From an uncultured virus (IMG/VR IMGVR_UViG_3300006120_000013) (lineage: Duplodnaviria > Heunggongvirae > Uroviricota > Caudoviricetes), in the IMG/VR virus record IMGVR_UViG_3300006120_000013: a DNA stretch of 46,673 nt, one strand, 5' to 3'. A program made the translations under genes and the position numbers. Positions 1 through 9,771 of this stretch are shown piece after piece; positions within the stretch are counted from its first letter, which is position 1, and every line of letters begins with the position of its first letter. The notes below the pieces were generated by a model. That model was not told the origin of the DNA. It did no database searches and saw only the letters and a list, made by a program, of their open reading frames with translations.

Positions 1-1152
1 GGAGTTTTAGGTGGAGCATTCTGGGCAGTTTCTGAAGCCATAAAATCTGTTGGTGATAGTTTTGGTAAAGTCATAGATTTCTTTAAATCTATGAAAGAAA
101 TAAATGCTGATGAAATTATTAAAGGAACAGGTGCTATTACTTTACTTGGAGGAGCCATTGCTTCTTTAGGAGCAGGTGGAATTGTAAACTTCTTAGGTAG
201 TGGTGGAATAGATAAATTAGTTGATTCTCTTAAGAAAATAAATGATATTAATATAGAAAAACTAACACAAGCTGGTCCAGCCTTAAAAGCATTTCATGAA
301 GGAGTAGCATCTTTTACAGGTGGTGGAGTATTAGAAGCATTAGGCGACGGAATTAAGGAATTTGCCGGAGGAAAAGGTATAGAATCAATTGTATTTTCTT
401 TATCAAATCTAGGAAAAATTGATTTATCTAAACTTGACTCTATTGGAAATGTTACAACATTATTAACATCTTTAAAACCATTTTTAGATACTAATGTTTC
501 TCAAAAATTGCCAAACTCTATGAATACTGTAAAAGATTCTCTAATAAGTTTTGTCAAAGATACGTCCGAATCAATTTCTAAATTAACACCTTCTTCTGTA
601 CAAGTTTTTGTCGGGTTCGTAGATGGACTTTCAAAGTTTTCTAGTGTCGATGTTACTAAAATATCAAACTTGTCTAATAGTTTAACAGAATCATTTGTTA
701 ATCTCAATCAAATTAATTTTGATAATGCTAATAAAAATATATCTTCTTTTGCAGCAACTATATCTAAATTATCTAATTCTGACATGGTTGCTGTAAGCAA
801 TTCTATTGCAGAAATTAGCAAAGTTAATACTACTATAAATGATAATCTCACAAATCAATCAAAAGGAGTTGATGATTATATAAAATCAATTGATAAATTG
901 TCTGACAGTTTAACTAAATTAGAAAAACAATTAAAAGATATGCCTAGTATTGCTAAAGCCTCAGTTGATAATACTGCTTCACCGTCAACTAGAGTTATTG
1001 CTTCATCGAATCCTACTTCAGAAATGACCACAGATGACCTACAAAAACAACTAAATAATAAAATAGACGAATTGATAATACATATAGTAGAGATGAAGCA
1101 GAATACTAAAGATACTGCTGACTCTGTTAAAGGTCGTAGAAGCGCAGTTTAA
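1..1152 (+). CDS. 3' part of a long helical protein, probably tape-measure/baseplate-hub-like (5' truncated)
   Basis: Frame is open from base 1, so the ATG at 91 is probably internal. Ala/Gly/Ser/Leu-rich amphipathic repeats, coiled-coil C-terminus, directly upstream of the portal gene. Function inferred. Confidence 0.45.
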   Translation, partial: GVLGGAFWAVSEAIKSVGDSFGKVIDFFKSMKEINADEIIKGTGAITLLGGAIASLGAGGIVNFLGSGGIDKLVDSLKKINDINIEKLTQAGPALKAFHEGVASFTGGGVLEALGDGIKEFAGGKGIESIVFSLSNLGKIDLSKLDSIGNVTTLLTSLKPFLDTNVSQKLPNSMNTVKDSLISFVKDTSESISKLTPSSVQVFVGFVDGLSKFSSVDVTKISNLSNSLTESFVNLNQINFDNANKNISSFAATISKLSNSDMVAVSNSIAEISKVNTTINDNLTNQSKGVDDYIKSIDKLSDSLTKLEKQLKDMPSIAKASVDNTASPSTRVIASSNPTSEMTTDDLQKQLNNKIDELIIHIVEMKQNTKDTADSVKGRRSAV

Positions 1153-1165
1153 TTGAAAGATCTAA

Positions 1166-2872
1166 ATGTCCTGGAAGAAATATTTTACTCCCGTTAATTC
1201 AAGTGGTAATTTAAGTCCATTTTCTAATTCGGGTGGAAGTTCTGCAAGTAAAACTAATTATTCATCATATCTTCCAGATGTTTATACTGGTAGTCCTAAT
1301 AGAATTGAACGTTATCTTCAGTATGATACTATGGATATGGACTCAGAAGTTAATGCTGCTCTTGATATTATTAGTGAATTTTCAACTCAAGAAAATGCAG
1401 AGAATGGAACTCCTTTCTTTATTAATTTTAGAGACAAAGCATCTAGTGTTGAGATTAAGTTAATACGTGATTATTTGCAAAAATGGAGCCGATTACAGAA
1501 GTTTGAAACACGTATGTTTCGAATATTTCGTAATGTGATGAAGTATGGAGACAGTTTTTTTATTAGAGATCCAGAAACATTAAAATGGTTTTACATTGAT
1601 CCAGGTAAATTAGTTAAAATTATTGTTAATGAAAGCGATGGTAAAAAACCAGAGCAATACATAATTCGTGATATTAATCCTAATTTTATTAATCTAACAG
1701 TTACACAAATTAATCCAAGCAACCAAAATACGCAACCTGGTGGTACTGCTTATGTTACAGGTGGAGCCGGAGCACGTGGTATGACTGGTGCTTATCCGCA
1801 GCAATCAGGAACAAGATTCAGTGTAGCACAGAATGAATTTGCTATTGAAGCAAAACATATGGTTCATCTTAGTCTAAGCGAAGGTTTAGATAACAATTAT
1901 CCATTTGGAAATTCATTGCTTGAATCAGTTTTTAAGGTTTATAAGCAAAAAGAGCTTTTAGAAGATGCAATTATCATTTATCGTGTTCAAAGAGCACCAG
2001 AACGTCGTGTATTTTACATCGATGTTGGTAATATGCCATCACATATGGCTATGCAATTTGTTGAAAGAGTTAAAAATGAGATACATCAGCGTAGAATTCC
2101 TAGTTCTACAGGTGGTGGAACAAGTGTAGTTGATTCAAGTTACAATCCTTTAAGTATAAATGAGGATTATTTCTTTCCTCAAACAGCGGAAGGACGTGGA
2201 TCTAAAGTAGAAACATTACCAGGTGGTACTAATTTAGGTGAAATTGACGACTTACGTTACTTTACTAATAAGTTATTCCGTGCATTACGTATTCCAAGTA
2301 GTTATTTGCCAACAGGTCCAGACGATTCTTCTGCTGTTTTTAGTGATGGTCGTGTTGGTACTGCTTATATTCAAGAACTAAGATTTAACAAATATTGTGA
2401 AAGACTTCAAAGTTTAATTGAAGGTGAGTTTGATCTTGAATTTAAATTGTTTATGAAGAATCAAGGTATTGTAATTGATGATTCGTTATTTGATTTAAGA
2501 TTTAATCCTCCACAAAATTTTGCTGCTTATAGACTTAGTGAACTTGATACTTCTCGTGTTCAAACGTTTACAACAATGCAAGAAGTTCCTTATATGAGTA
2601 AAAGATTTGCAATGAAGCGTTATCTTGGTTTAAGCCAAGAAGAAATAATAGAAAATGAACGACTCTGGAGAGAAGAAAATAAAGATATTTTAGATACAGG
2701 ATCAGGATCACAAGCAGAACTCCGTGGAATGGGCATTACTAGTGGAGGATTAGAAGCAGGATTAGAAACTCCACCAGAAGGTGAAGAAGGAATAGAAGGT
2801 GAACCAGGAGCACAAGCAATGCCAACAACTACTGCTCCAGCAGCACCATTACCTTCAACACCTGGAACATAA
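1166..2872 (+). CDS. gp20: Portal vertex protein, T4 gp20-like
   Basis: Motifs LLEDAIIIYRVQRAPERRVFYIDVGNMP, EDYFFPQTAEGRGSKVETLPGG.NLGEIDD..YF..KLFRALRIPSS and ELRF.KYC.RLQ, typical of gp20 portals. Confidence 0.96.
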   Translation: MSWKKYFTPVNSSGNLSPFSNSGGSSASKTNYSSYLPDVYTGSPNRIERYLQYDTMDMDSEVNAALDIISEFSTQENAENGTPFFINFRDKASSVEIKLIRDYLQKWSRLQKFETRMFRIFRNVMKYGDSFFIRDPETLKWFYIDPGKLVKIIVNESDGKKPEQYIIRDINPNFINLTVTQINPSNQNTQPGGTAYVTGGAGARGMTGAYPQQSGTRFSVAQNEFAIEAKHMVHLSLSEGLDNNYPFGNSLLESVFKVYKQKELLEDAIIIYRVQRAPERRVFYIDVGNMPSHMAMQFVERVKNEIHQRRIPSSTGGGTSVVDSSYNPLSINEDYFFPQTAEGRGSKVETLPGGTNLGEIDDLRYFTNKLFRALRIPSSYLPTGPDDSSAVFSDGRVGTAYIQELRFNKYCERLQSLIEGEFDLEFKLFMKNQGIVIDDSLFDLRFNPPQNFAAYRLSELDTSRVQTFTTMQEVPYMSKRFAMKRYLGLSQEEIIENERLWREENKDILDTGSGSQAELRGMGITSGGLEAGLETPPEGEEGIEGEPGAQAMPTTTAPAAPLPSTPGT

Positions 2873-2873
2873 A

Positions 2874-2881
2874 GATAAATA
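2874..2881 (+). promoter_or_regulatory. T4-like late promoter GATAAATA
   Basis: One-base variant of the T4 gp55 consensus TATAAATA; recurs before gene starts throughout the window. Confidence 0.7.
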
Positions 2882-2885
2882 CAAT

Positions 2886-3128
2886 ATGATACTACGTGAA
2901 CTTTTTTACTTTAACAAGGAAAATGACGATATGACTCAGGATAATCATTATGATCCTGAGAATGATAAATCTGAACTTAAAAAGGGTGATACACGTAAGA
3001 TTCGATTAACATTAAAACAGATAAATCAACTTAGACGTGCAAGTGATCAACATTATTTAGATCAAAAAAATGACGTTGAGGCTATTAGTAAGATGTATTC
3101 ACAGCCTCCTGCAGAGCCAACTGCTTAA
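2886..3128 (+). CDS. Small hypothetical head-module protein (80 aa, MILRELFYF...)
   Basis: ATG 2886 preferred to the ORF-track start at 2799, which overlaps the portal. Follows GATAAATA (2874-2881); its stop overlaps the next ATG. Confidence 0.7.
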   Translation: MILRELFYFNKENDDMTQDNHYDPENDKSELKKGDTRKIRLTLKQINQLRRASDQHYLDQKNDVEAISKMYSQPPAEPTA

Positions 3129-3703
3129 TGTTTAGAGCCTTTGTATTAGGAAATGGTCGAAGTCGTTTAGTAGTTGATCCTAAAGATTTAAAGAAGCACG
3201 GAAAAATTTATGGATGTAATGCTTTGTATAGAGACTTTGATCCAGATTATTTAATTGCTGTAGATCCTAAAATGATTACAGAAATTTGTCAAAAAGAGTA
3301 TCAATTAAAGCACGAAGTATGGACGAATCCTAATAATTCATATAAGAATTTTAAAAATTTAAATTTTTTTAAAAGTCCTAGGGGATGGTCAAGTGGACCA
3401 ACGGCCTTACATAAGGCTTGTATTGATCAATATAAAGAAATATATATATTAGGATTTGATTATGTAGGAATAACCGATAAATTTAATAATGTTTATTCTG
3501 ATACTCCTAATTATAAAAGATCAATAGATTGTGCAACATATTACGGCAATTGGTTATCACAAACAGAAACATTATTTGGTGAGTTTAAACATATTTTCTT
3601 TTATAGAGTTATTGAAAATATTAAAGATAACATATCTAATTGGCGTGAGATAAATAACTTGAAACAAATATCCTACGAAGAAATGTGGAGCAAATTACGA
3701 TAA
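3128..3703 (+). CDS. DUF115/MAF- or Cst(GT42)-like Rossmann protein, putative glycosyltransferase-related
   Basis: FVLGNGRSR...YGCNALYRDF.PDYLIAVD...SSGPTAL...IYILGFD resembles the GNGPS/CN/IYLxGxD pattern of these families. Confidence 0.5.
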   Translation: MFRAFVLGNGRSRLVVDPKDLKKHGKIYGCNALYRDFDPDYLIAVDPKMITEICQKEYQLKHEVWTNPNNSYKNFKNLNFFKSPRGWSSGPTALHKACIDQYKEIYILGFDYVGITDKFNNVYSDTPNYKRSIDCATYYGNWLSQTETLFGEFKHIFFYRVIENIKDNISNWREINNLKQISYEEMWSKLR

Positions 3704-3755
3704 ATCTCCCCAACGACTCCAAATCTGCGATTTTTCACCTATTTTCCGCCATTTG

Positions 3756-3775
3756 ATTAAATAAATCCGTAAATA
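3756..3775 (+). promoter_or_regulatory. Tandem late-promoter-like motifs before the core/protease/capsid operon
   Basis: ATTAAATA (3756-3763) and CGTAAATA (3768-3775). Confidence 0.55.
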
Positions 3776-3806
3776 ATACGACAGCCTTAGCTATAGGAGA
3801 TTTATC

Positions 3807-4730
3807 ATGGCCAAACAAAATTTTGAACAATTGCTTGAGTACATTGTTAACGGCGAGCAGGAAAAAGCAGAAGAACTATTTCACGCACTAGTTGTTAATA
3901 AGTCACGTGAAATTTACGAAGGTCTCTTTGAAGAAGAGATGAAAGACGTTGAAGTTGATGAAGCTTCATGCAAAGACAAAGACATGGAAGAAGAGGAAGA
4001 AATGGAAGAGGATGCTGTTGAAGAAGCATTCATTGCTTTCTCTGAAGAGCCAGCAGTTGGTGGTGATCCAACAGACGATATGATGCATGATGTAAGTGAT
4101 GATAGCGATGATGACATGGATGACATGGACGGTAACGATCATGATGATATGGGTGCCGACGGTGACATTGAAGATCGTGTAATGGATCTCGAAGATGCAC
4201 TTGAAGATCTTAAGGCAGAGTTTGATGCTCTAATGGCAGACGAAAAGAATGAGCCAGAGCATCACGACGGTGTTGATGATCCAGACTTTGGTGATAGCGA
4301 AGAAGGTGAAGAGGAAGAGGAAGATGAAAACGAGTCTTTCAACTTCGAAGATATCGAAGACATTGACCTTTCACCTGTTGAGCAAATGAGAGAATACGTT
4401 GAAAAGATTGGTGATGCTTATAAAGGTGGCAAGGTTGCTAGTACTTCAGAACCATCGGGAGCAAATACAAAGAGCACAGTTGCTTCAAAGAATGACATGG
4501 GCGGAACAACTGCTAACATCGCACGTGGTGGCGAAGGAAGCACAAAAGGAACTGCTGGTGGTCTTCTAAATCCAACAACCAAAGAAGAAAACTTTGGTAA
4601 CGTAAACGTTCCTGGTGCTAAGAATGCTACAAAGTTAAGTTCAGTTTCTAAAGGACATGGTGCTGAAAAGAAAGGCGCTGGAGAAACTGCTGCAAATACA
4701 AAAAGCATTTTAAAGCCACAGAAGGGTTAA
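3807..4730 (+). CDS. Acidic prohead core protein (gp67/gp68-like position)
   Basis: Very D/E-rich; SD AGGAG upstream; between portal and protease; several (I/L)-x-E protease-type sites. Confidence 0.65.
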   Translation: MAKQNFEQLLEYIVNGEQEKAEELFHALVVNKSREIYEGLFEEEMKDVEVDEASCKDKDMEEEEEMEEDAVEEAFIAFSEEPAVGGDPTDDMMHDVSDDSDDDMDDMDGNDHDDMGADGDIEDRVMDLEDALEDLKAEFDALMADEKNEPEHHDGVDDPDFGDSEEGEEEEEDENESFNFEDIEDIDLSPVEQMREYVEKIGDAYKGGKVASTSEPSGANTKSTVASKNDMGGTTANIARGGEGSTKGTAGGLLNPTTKEENFGNVNVPGAKNATKLSSVSKGHGAEKKGAGETAANTKSILKPQKG

Positions 4731-4735
4731 TATAG

Positions 4736-5362
4736 ATGCTATATCTTCAAGAACATCTATCATTCGACCAAGCTAAAATGGTCGTTGAGAGCGATGATAA
4801 AGACGGGAAAAACCTTTATATGAAAGGCATTTGCATCCAAGGTGGTGTAAAAAATGCTAATCAAAGAGTTTATCCTGTTCCTGAAATCGCTAAGGCTGTC
4901 AAAACACTTAACGATCAAATAAGTGGCGGATACAGTGTACTTGGAGAAGTAGACCATCCACAAGACTTAAGAATCAACTTAGATCGTGTTTCACACATGA
5001 TTACCGAGATGTGGATGGATGGTCCTAACGGATATGGTAAGTTAAAGATTTTACCAACTCCAATGGGTCAGTTGATTAGAACAATGTTAGAATCAGGCGT
5101 AAAGCTAGGCGTTAGTAGCAGAGGAAGCGGCAATGTTCAAGAGGACGGTTCGGGTCAAGTTAGTGACTTTGAAATTGTAACTGTTGATATTGTTGCTCAA
5201 CCTTCTGCTCCTGGGGCTTATCCTACGGTTGTTTATGAACACCTTATGAATAGTAAAGGTGGATACAAGGCTTTAAATATGGCAAGAGAATTACAAGGCG
5301 ATCCAAAGGCACAAAGATTTTTACAAGACCAACTCGTAAATATCATACGAGGCCTCCAATAA
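4736..5362 (+). CDS. gp21: Prohead core protease, T4 gp21-like
   Basis: KNANQRVYP, LGEVDHP, NLDRVSH, LPTPMG, LGVSSRGSG and DIVAQPSAPGAY motifs. Confidence 0.95.
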   Translation: MLYLQEHLSFDQAKMVVESDDKDGKNLYMKGICIQGGVKNANQRVYPVPEIAKAVKTLNDQISGGYSVLGEVDHPQDLRINLDRVSHMITEMWMDGPNGYGKLKILPTPMGQLIRTMLESGVKLGVSSRGSGNVQEDGSGQVSDFEIVTVDIVAQPSAPGAYPTVVYEHLMNSKGGYKALNMARELQGDPKAQRFLQDQLVNIIRGLQ

Positions 5363-5378
5363 GTTAGGAGATACACAT

Positions 5379-6461
5379 ATGTTGGATGTATTAAAGCAAT
5401 TATTTGAGAACAATGTGGTTTCCGAGGAGATCAAGGCAAATATCGAAGATGCTTGGAACAAAAGAATCCAAGAAAACCGTGACCAGGTTACTGCACAACT
5501 TCGTGAAGAGTTTGCTGGTAAGTTTGAGCATGAGAAGGCAGCACTTGTTGAAGCAATGGACAAGTTAATGACTGACCGTCTTGCAAGCGAAATTGCTGAG
5601 TTCGTAGAGGACAAGAAGCAACTTGCTGAAGCTAAAGCAAACTATGTAAAGAAGATGAAGTCTGATGCTGATGTAATGAAGGAATTTGTTACACGTCAGT
5701 TAAAATCAGAACTTTCAGAACTTCATGAAGACCAAAAGATTATGTCAAATAACTTTGCAAAATTAGAACAATTTGTTGTAAAACAACTTTCTAAGGAAAT
5801 TGCAGAGTTCGCAACTGATAGAAAAGAAGTTATTGAAACTAAGGTTAAACTAGTTAAAGAAGCTAAAAATCATCTTGAAACAGTTAAATCTAATTTCATT
5901 AAGCGTTCTGCAAAGATCGTTGAAGAAACAGTTGCTAAGACATTAAAGTCAGAAATTCATCAGCTAAAGGAAGATATTACTTCAGCTAGATCAAATGACT
6001 TTGGTCGTAGAATCTTCGAAGCCTTTGCTTCGGAATACACCCACAGTTATCTCAGCGAAAAGGGTGAAGTTGCTAAACTTATGAATGTTCTTAAACAAAA
6101 AGAACAAGAATTAGTTGAAGCAAAAACTATCGCTGTGAAAAAGTCAAAGTTAGTCGAGAGTAAAGAACAAGAAATCACTCTTATGCGTGATTTAACTGCT
6201 CGTAAAGAAGTTATTAGTGAACTTCTTTCACCACTCGGAAAAGATAAGCGTGAAGTTATGTCAAATCTCTTAGAGAGTGTTCAGACATCTAAGCTTCGTG
6301 CTGCATTTGACAAATACTTACCGGCAGTTATGTCGGATAATTCGGCAACCAAGCAGGCACTAGTTGAGGCAAAAGAAATAACAGGAAATAAAACAAATAT
6401 CAATTCCAATGCTGCTGAAAGCAACATTGTTGATATCCGTAGACTAGCGGGATTAAAATAA
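5379..6461 (+). CDS. gp22: Prohead core scaffold protein, T4 gp22-like
   Basis: Long charged coiled coil between protease and capsid genes; SD AGGAG upstream; ends IRRLAGLK. Confidence 0.85.
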   Translation: MLDVLKQLFENNVVSEEIKANIEDAWNKRIQENRDQVTAQLREEFAGKFEHEKAALVEAMDKLMTDRLASEIAEFVEDKKQLAEAKANYVKKMKSDADVMKEFVTRQLKSELSELHEDQKIMSNNFAKLEQFVVKQLSKEIAEFATDRKEVIETKVKLVKEAKNHLETVKSNFIKRSAKIVEETVAKTLKSEIHQLKEDITSARSNDFGRRIFEAFASEYTHSYLSEKGEVAKLMNVLKQKEQELVEAKTIAVKKSKLVESKEQEITLMRDLTARKEVISELLSPLGKDKREVMSNLLESVQTSKLRAAFDKYLPAVMSDNSATKQALVEAKEITGNKTNINSNAAESNIVDIRRLAGLK

Positions 6462-6474
6462 GGAGTTTTAAGCT

Positions 6475-7650
6475 ATGTCAGAACTATTAGAAAGCCGCTG
6501 GCAGGACACTAAAGAGGCACTTCTCGAAGGCCTTCAAGGAAATCGTAAGTCAGTAATGGCAGTTACTCTTGAAAATACACGTAAGTATCTTTCAGAGTCA
6601 GCCACAGCTGGTGCTACATCTGCCGGTAATGTCGCAACTCTTAACAGAGTTATTCTTCCAGTAATTCGTCGTGTTATGCCGACAGTTATTGCTAACGAAC
6701 TCGTTGGCGTTCAGCCAATGACTGGTCCAGTTGGCCAGATCCATACACTTCGCGTACGTTATGCTGACACTTCATCAGGTGCTGGTGTAAACGCAGGCGA
6801 AGAGGCTCTAAGCCCATTCAAAATTGCTGCTGCTTACTCAGGTAACGAAGTAAGTGCAACACCAAGAGCTAACTCAACTGCATCACTCGAAGGTACAGCT
6901 GGTAAGCGTCTAAGCATCCAGATCTTAAAGCAGGTCGTAGAAGCTAAATCACGTAAGCTCAGCGCACGTTGGACTTTCGAAGCTGCTCAGGATGCTCAGG
7001 CACAACAAGGTATCGATATTGAAGCAGAAATCATGGCAGCACTTGCTCAGGAAATTACTGCTGAAATCGATCAGGAAATCCTAAGTTCACTTCAAACACT
7101 TGCTGGTACAGCCGTTGAAACATACGACCAATCAGTAGTAAGTGGTGTTGCAACATTCGTTGGTGACGAACATGCTGCTCTTGCAGTTCAGATCAACCGT
7201 GTAGCTAACCTCATCGCTCAACGTACACGTCGCGGTGCTGGTAACTGGGCAGTTGTTTCTCCGTTCGCTCTAACTATCCTTCAGTCAGCAACTACTTCAG
7301 CATTTGCTCGTACTACTGAAGGTACTTTTGAGGCTCCAACAAACACCAAGTTCGTTGGTACACTCAACAGCTCAATGAGAGTTTATGTTAATGCTTATGC
7401 ATCAGACAGCACACCAGTTCTCATTGGTTACAAAGGTTCAAGTGAATCAGACGCTGCTGCGTTCTACTGCCCATACATTCCACTAATGTCAAGCGGTGTT
7501 GTACTTGATCCATCAACTTTCGAACCAGTTGTTAGCTTCATGACACGTTACGGATATGTAGAGCTCAGCAATGCAGCTTCATCATTAGGTAACGCTGCTG
7601 ACTACCTCGGACTAGTTGGTGTAACAAACGGAACTGTAAAGTTTTCCTAA
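6475..7650 (+). CDS. gp23: Major capsid protein, T4 gp23-like
   Basis: ILPVIRRVMPTVIANELVGVQPMTGPVGQI, EAKSRKLSARWTFEAAQD, FYCPYIPL and FMTRYG motifs; SD AAGGAG upstream. Confidence 0.97.
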   Translation: MSELLESRWQDTKEALLEGLQGNRKSVMAVTLENTRKYLSESATAGATSAGNVATLNRVILPVIRRVMPTVIANELVGVQPMTGPVGQIHTLRVRYADTSSGAGVNAGEEALSPFKIAAAYSGNEVSATPRANSTASLEGTAGKRLSIQILKQVVEAKSRKLSARWTFEAAQDAQAQQGIDIEAEIMAALAQEITAEIDQEILSSLQTLAGTAVETYDQSVVSGVATFVGDEHAALAVQINRVANLIAQRTRRGAGNWAVVSPFALTILQSATTSAFARTTEGTFEAPTNTKFVGTLNSSMRVYVNAYASDSTPVLIGYKGSSESDAAAFYCPYIPLMSSGVVLDPSTFEPVVSFMTRYGYVELSNAASSLGNAADYLGLVGVTNGTVKFS

Positions 7651-7675
7651 TATCTTTAGGAAACATTATAAGATC

Positions 7676-7702
7676 AGCGGGCTTTATGCCCGCTTTTCTT
7701 TT
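7676..7702 (+). terminator. Rho-independent terminator after the major capsid gene
   Basis: AGCGGGC-TTTAT-GCCCGCT stem-loop followed by TTTCTTTT. Confidence 0.85.
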
Positions 7703-7716
7703 GACTTAAATACCAA

Positions 7717-7998
7717 ATGGACGAATTAAAGATAGAAGATCCAGAAGATTGGTATAAAGTACAAATAAAATTAAGGAAAATGCTTAGGCCTTTCCCACAA
7801 TTTATTTTTGATTATAATCGTATGTGTAAGAATATAGAAGTAAAAGTAAGAGATCTTGCTGTATTAGATATTGAAGTACGAAAACATAAAGATTCTATAT
7901 ACTTTCAACAATTAAGAAAAGACAAGTTGAGGGATATTAACGATACTATTAAAATGTTTTCAAAAATACTGCTAATAGCATCTTTATCCAAAAGATAA
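7717..7998 (+). CDS. Hypothetical basic helical protein (93 aa)
   Basis: Intact ORF; CTTAAATA ends 4 nt upstream of the ATG. Confidence 0.6.
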   Translation: MDELKIEDPEDWYKVQIKLRKMLRPFPQFIFDYNRMCKNIEVKVRDLAVLDIEVRKHKDSIYFQQLRKDKLRDINDTIKMFSKILLIASLSKR

Positions 7999-8001
7999 AT
8001 A
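7994..8001 (+). promoter_or_regulatory. Late promoter GATAAATA
   Basis: GATAAATATTATTA, same 14-mer as at 14118. Confidence 0.7.
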
Positions 8002-8066
8002 TTATTACCGAATGGTTTATGGGGAACCCTACCCCGTAGCCCTAGAACGGCAATAAGGAGAAAAAA

Positions 8067-8450
8067 ATGGGACGCCCGTTATATGATGACGTATTAGGAA
8101 ATCGTTGTAGAGAATATCCTTCAGGAACAGCAACTGGTCTTAGAGTAACAGCATACATCAATGGTGGATTATATACTGATTGCTTTGTTATGAATCAAAA
8201 AGGTGCTCGCAAATATAAAGTTTACGAGTATGCAGGAGCACAGACTGCTGTTTGTAAATTAGTAAGTGGAACTCCGGCAAATAATGGTGAGATGCAACTC
8301 TTTGGTTATTTAGGAAGCAATTCAGGAACAAAAGTTGTTCTTTCTAAATTAGAAAAAAGATTAGCAACAGATTGGAATGGAAACCGTTATACATGGTTCC
8401 TTGACAATGACTCAACAAACGATTATATTGTTCTAACTCAAGTTAGCTAA
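8067..8450 (+). CDS. Hypothetical virion protein (MGRPL...), possible capsid decoration protein
   Basis: Strong SD TAAGGAG, late promoter at 7994, position just after the capsid gene. Function inferred. Confidence 0.55.
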   Translation: MGRPLYDDVLGNRCREYPSGTATGLRVTAYINGGLYTDCFVMNQKGARKYKVYEYAGAQTAVCKLVSGTPANNGEMQLFGYLGSNSGTKVVLSKLEKRLATDWNGNRYTWFLDNDSTNDYIVLTQVS

Positions 8451-8459
8451 GGAATATAA

Positions 8460-9761
8460 ATGACTATACCTAATCCACCGCTAAGTTCTATAGCAACACC
8501 TCATGTTAAGAGAATTAATAATGATTACAAGTTGTCTGTTCCATTTGGTGGTAATATCTTTTTAGATACAGGTACTAATGCAGGATTAGTGTATATCACA
8601 GGTGATTTAACTGTACAAGGTAATACTACTACAGTTAATACAACTAACATGACTATTGAGGACAATATTCTTGTCCTCAATAAAGGTGAATCAGGAAGTG
8701 GTGTAACATTATTAGAAGCAGGAATTGAAATTGATAGAGGTATTGCTTCTAATGGTAACGCACGATTACTTTGGATTGAAACTCCATATCAAAATCCTGT
8801 AACCAATGTACAAGATCATGGTTATTTTATTTTTCAAACAAAAACAAATGGAAATCTTTCTGCTATAAAAACTAATTCAATTGAGACAAATGGTCAAAAT
8901 CTTGCTTTAATAAACAGAGGAACTGGAGTTATAACAGTTACCGGAACAACTAATTATGAAAGACAAGTTTTAGATTATAATAATAATCTTTTACCATTTG
9001 ATAAAGATATTATTCCAAATATGCAAGCAGTCATTGATAAGATAAATCTTCAAATCAGTTCTAATCCTGCTAGTCAAATTAAAAAAGATGATACAAGAAT
9101 AGTTGTTTATGATAACAATATTGCTTCTTCAATCTCAAATTATGATACTGGAGGTATTCCAAATAATATTGTTACTGTAAATCATAATCTAGCAACTAAT
9201 GGAGATTTAAATGTTTACGTTGGTGGTACTATTACTATCGTAAATTCGCAAATTTCAGGACTTGACGGAACTTGGACTGTTGTTACTGCTAACTTATTAG
9301 ACTTATTTTTTACAATATCTTTAACAACTACTGTTACACTTTCAAATAGACCTAACGAAGCAGATAGAATTTATGTTAATGGTTATACTAGCAGTATTAT
9401 TTCTTATGTCGATGGCAATAAAATTACCGATTTTAGAAGTGGATATGTAGATATTTTTAATTTAAATTTTAGTAATACTACAATATCAACTACATCTGGA
9501 ACAGATCTTATTCTAATTTCAGGAAGTATCGGTAGTAGTGTACAAATACAAGATGATCTAAGGTTACAACACCTTGGAGTTACTCCTACTAATACTTCAC
9601 CAACTTATGTAAATGACTCAGTAAAAATTTATAGTGATATCGAAGGTGCAGGAAATACTGGTATATATTATGTTGGTCCTACATCTAGTCCAGGACCAGG
9701 ATATAGAAGAGACGAATTGATAAGTAAGAAGAAGGCAATTGCCTTTAGCATATTAATGTAA
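8460..9761 (+). CDS. Virion fibre/structural protein
   Basis: ITGDLTVQGNTTTVNTTNMTIEDNILVLNKGE and AGIEIDRG fibre-type motifs; hydrophobic C-terminal helix AIAFSILM. Confidence 0.7.
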   Translation: MTIPNPPLSSIATPHVKRINNDYKLSVPFGGNIFLDTGTNAGLVYITGDLTVQGNTTTVNTTNMTIEDNILVLNKGESGSGVTLLEAGIEIDRGIASNGNARLLWIETPYQNPVTNVQDHGYFIFQTKTNGNLSAIKTNSIETNGQNLALINRGTGVITVTGTTNYERQVLDYNNNLLPFDKDIIPNMQAVIDKINLQISSNPASQIKKDDTRIVVYDNNIASSISNYDTGGIPNNIVTVNHNLATNGDLNVYVGGTITIVNSQISGLDGTWTVVTANLLDLFFTISLTTTVTLSNRPNEADRIYVNGYTSSIISYVDGNKITDFRSGYVDIFNLNFSNTTISTTSGTDLILISGSIGSSVQIQDDLRLQHLGVTPTNTSPTYVNDSVKIYSDIEGAGNTGIYYVGPTSSPGPGYRRDELISKKKAIAFSILM

Positions 9762-9771
9762 GGTAATAATT

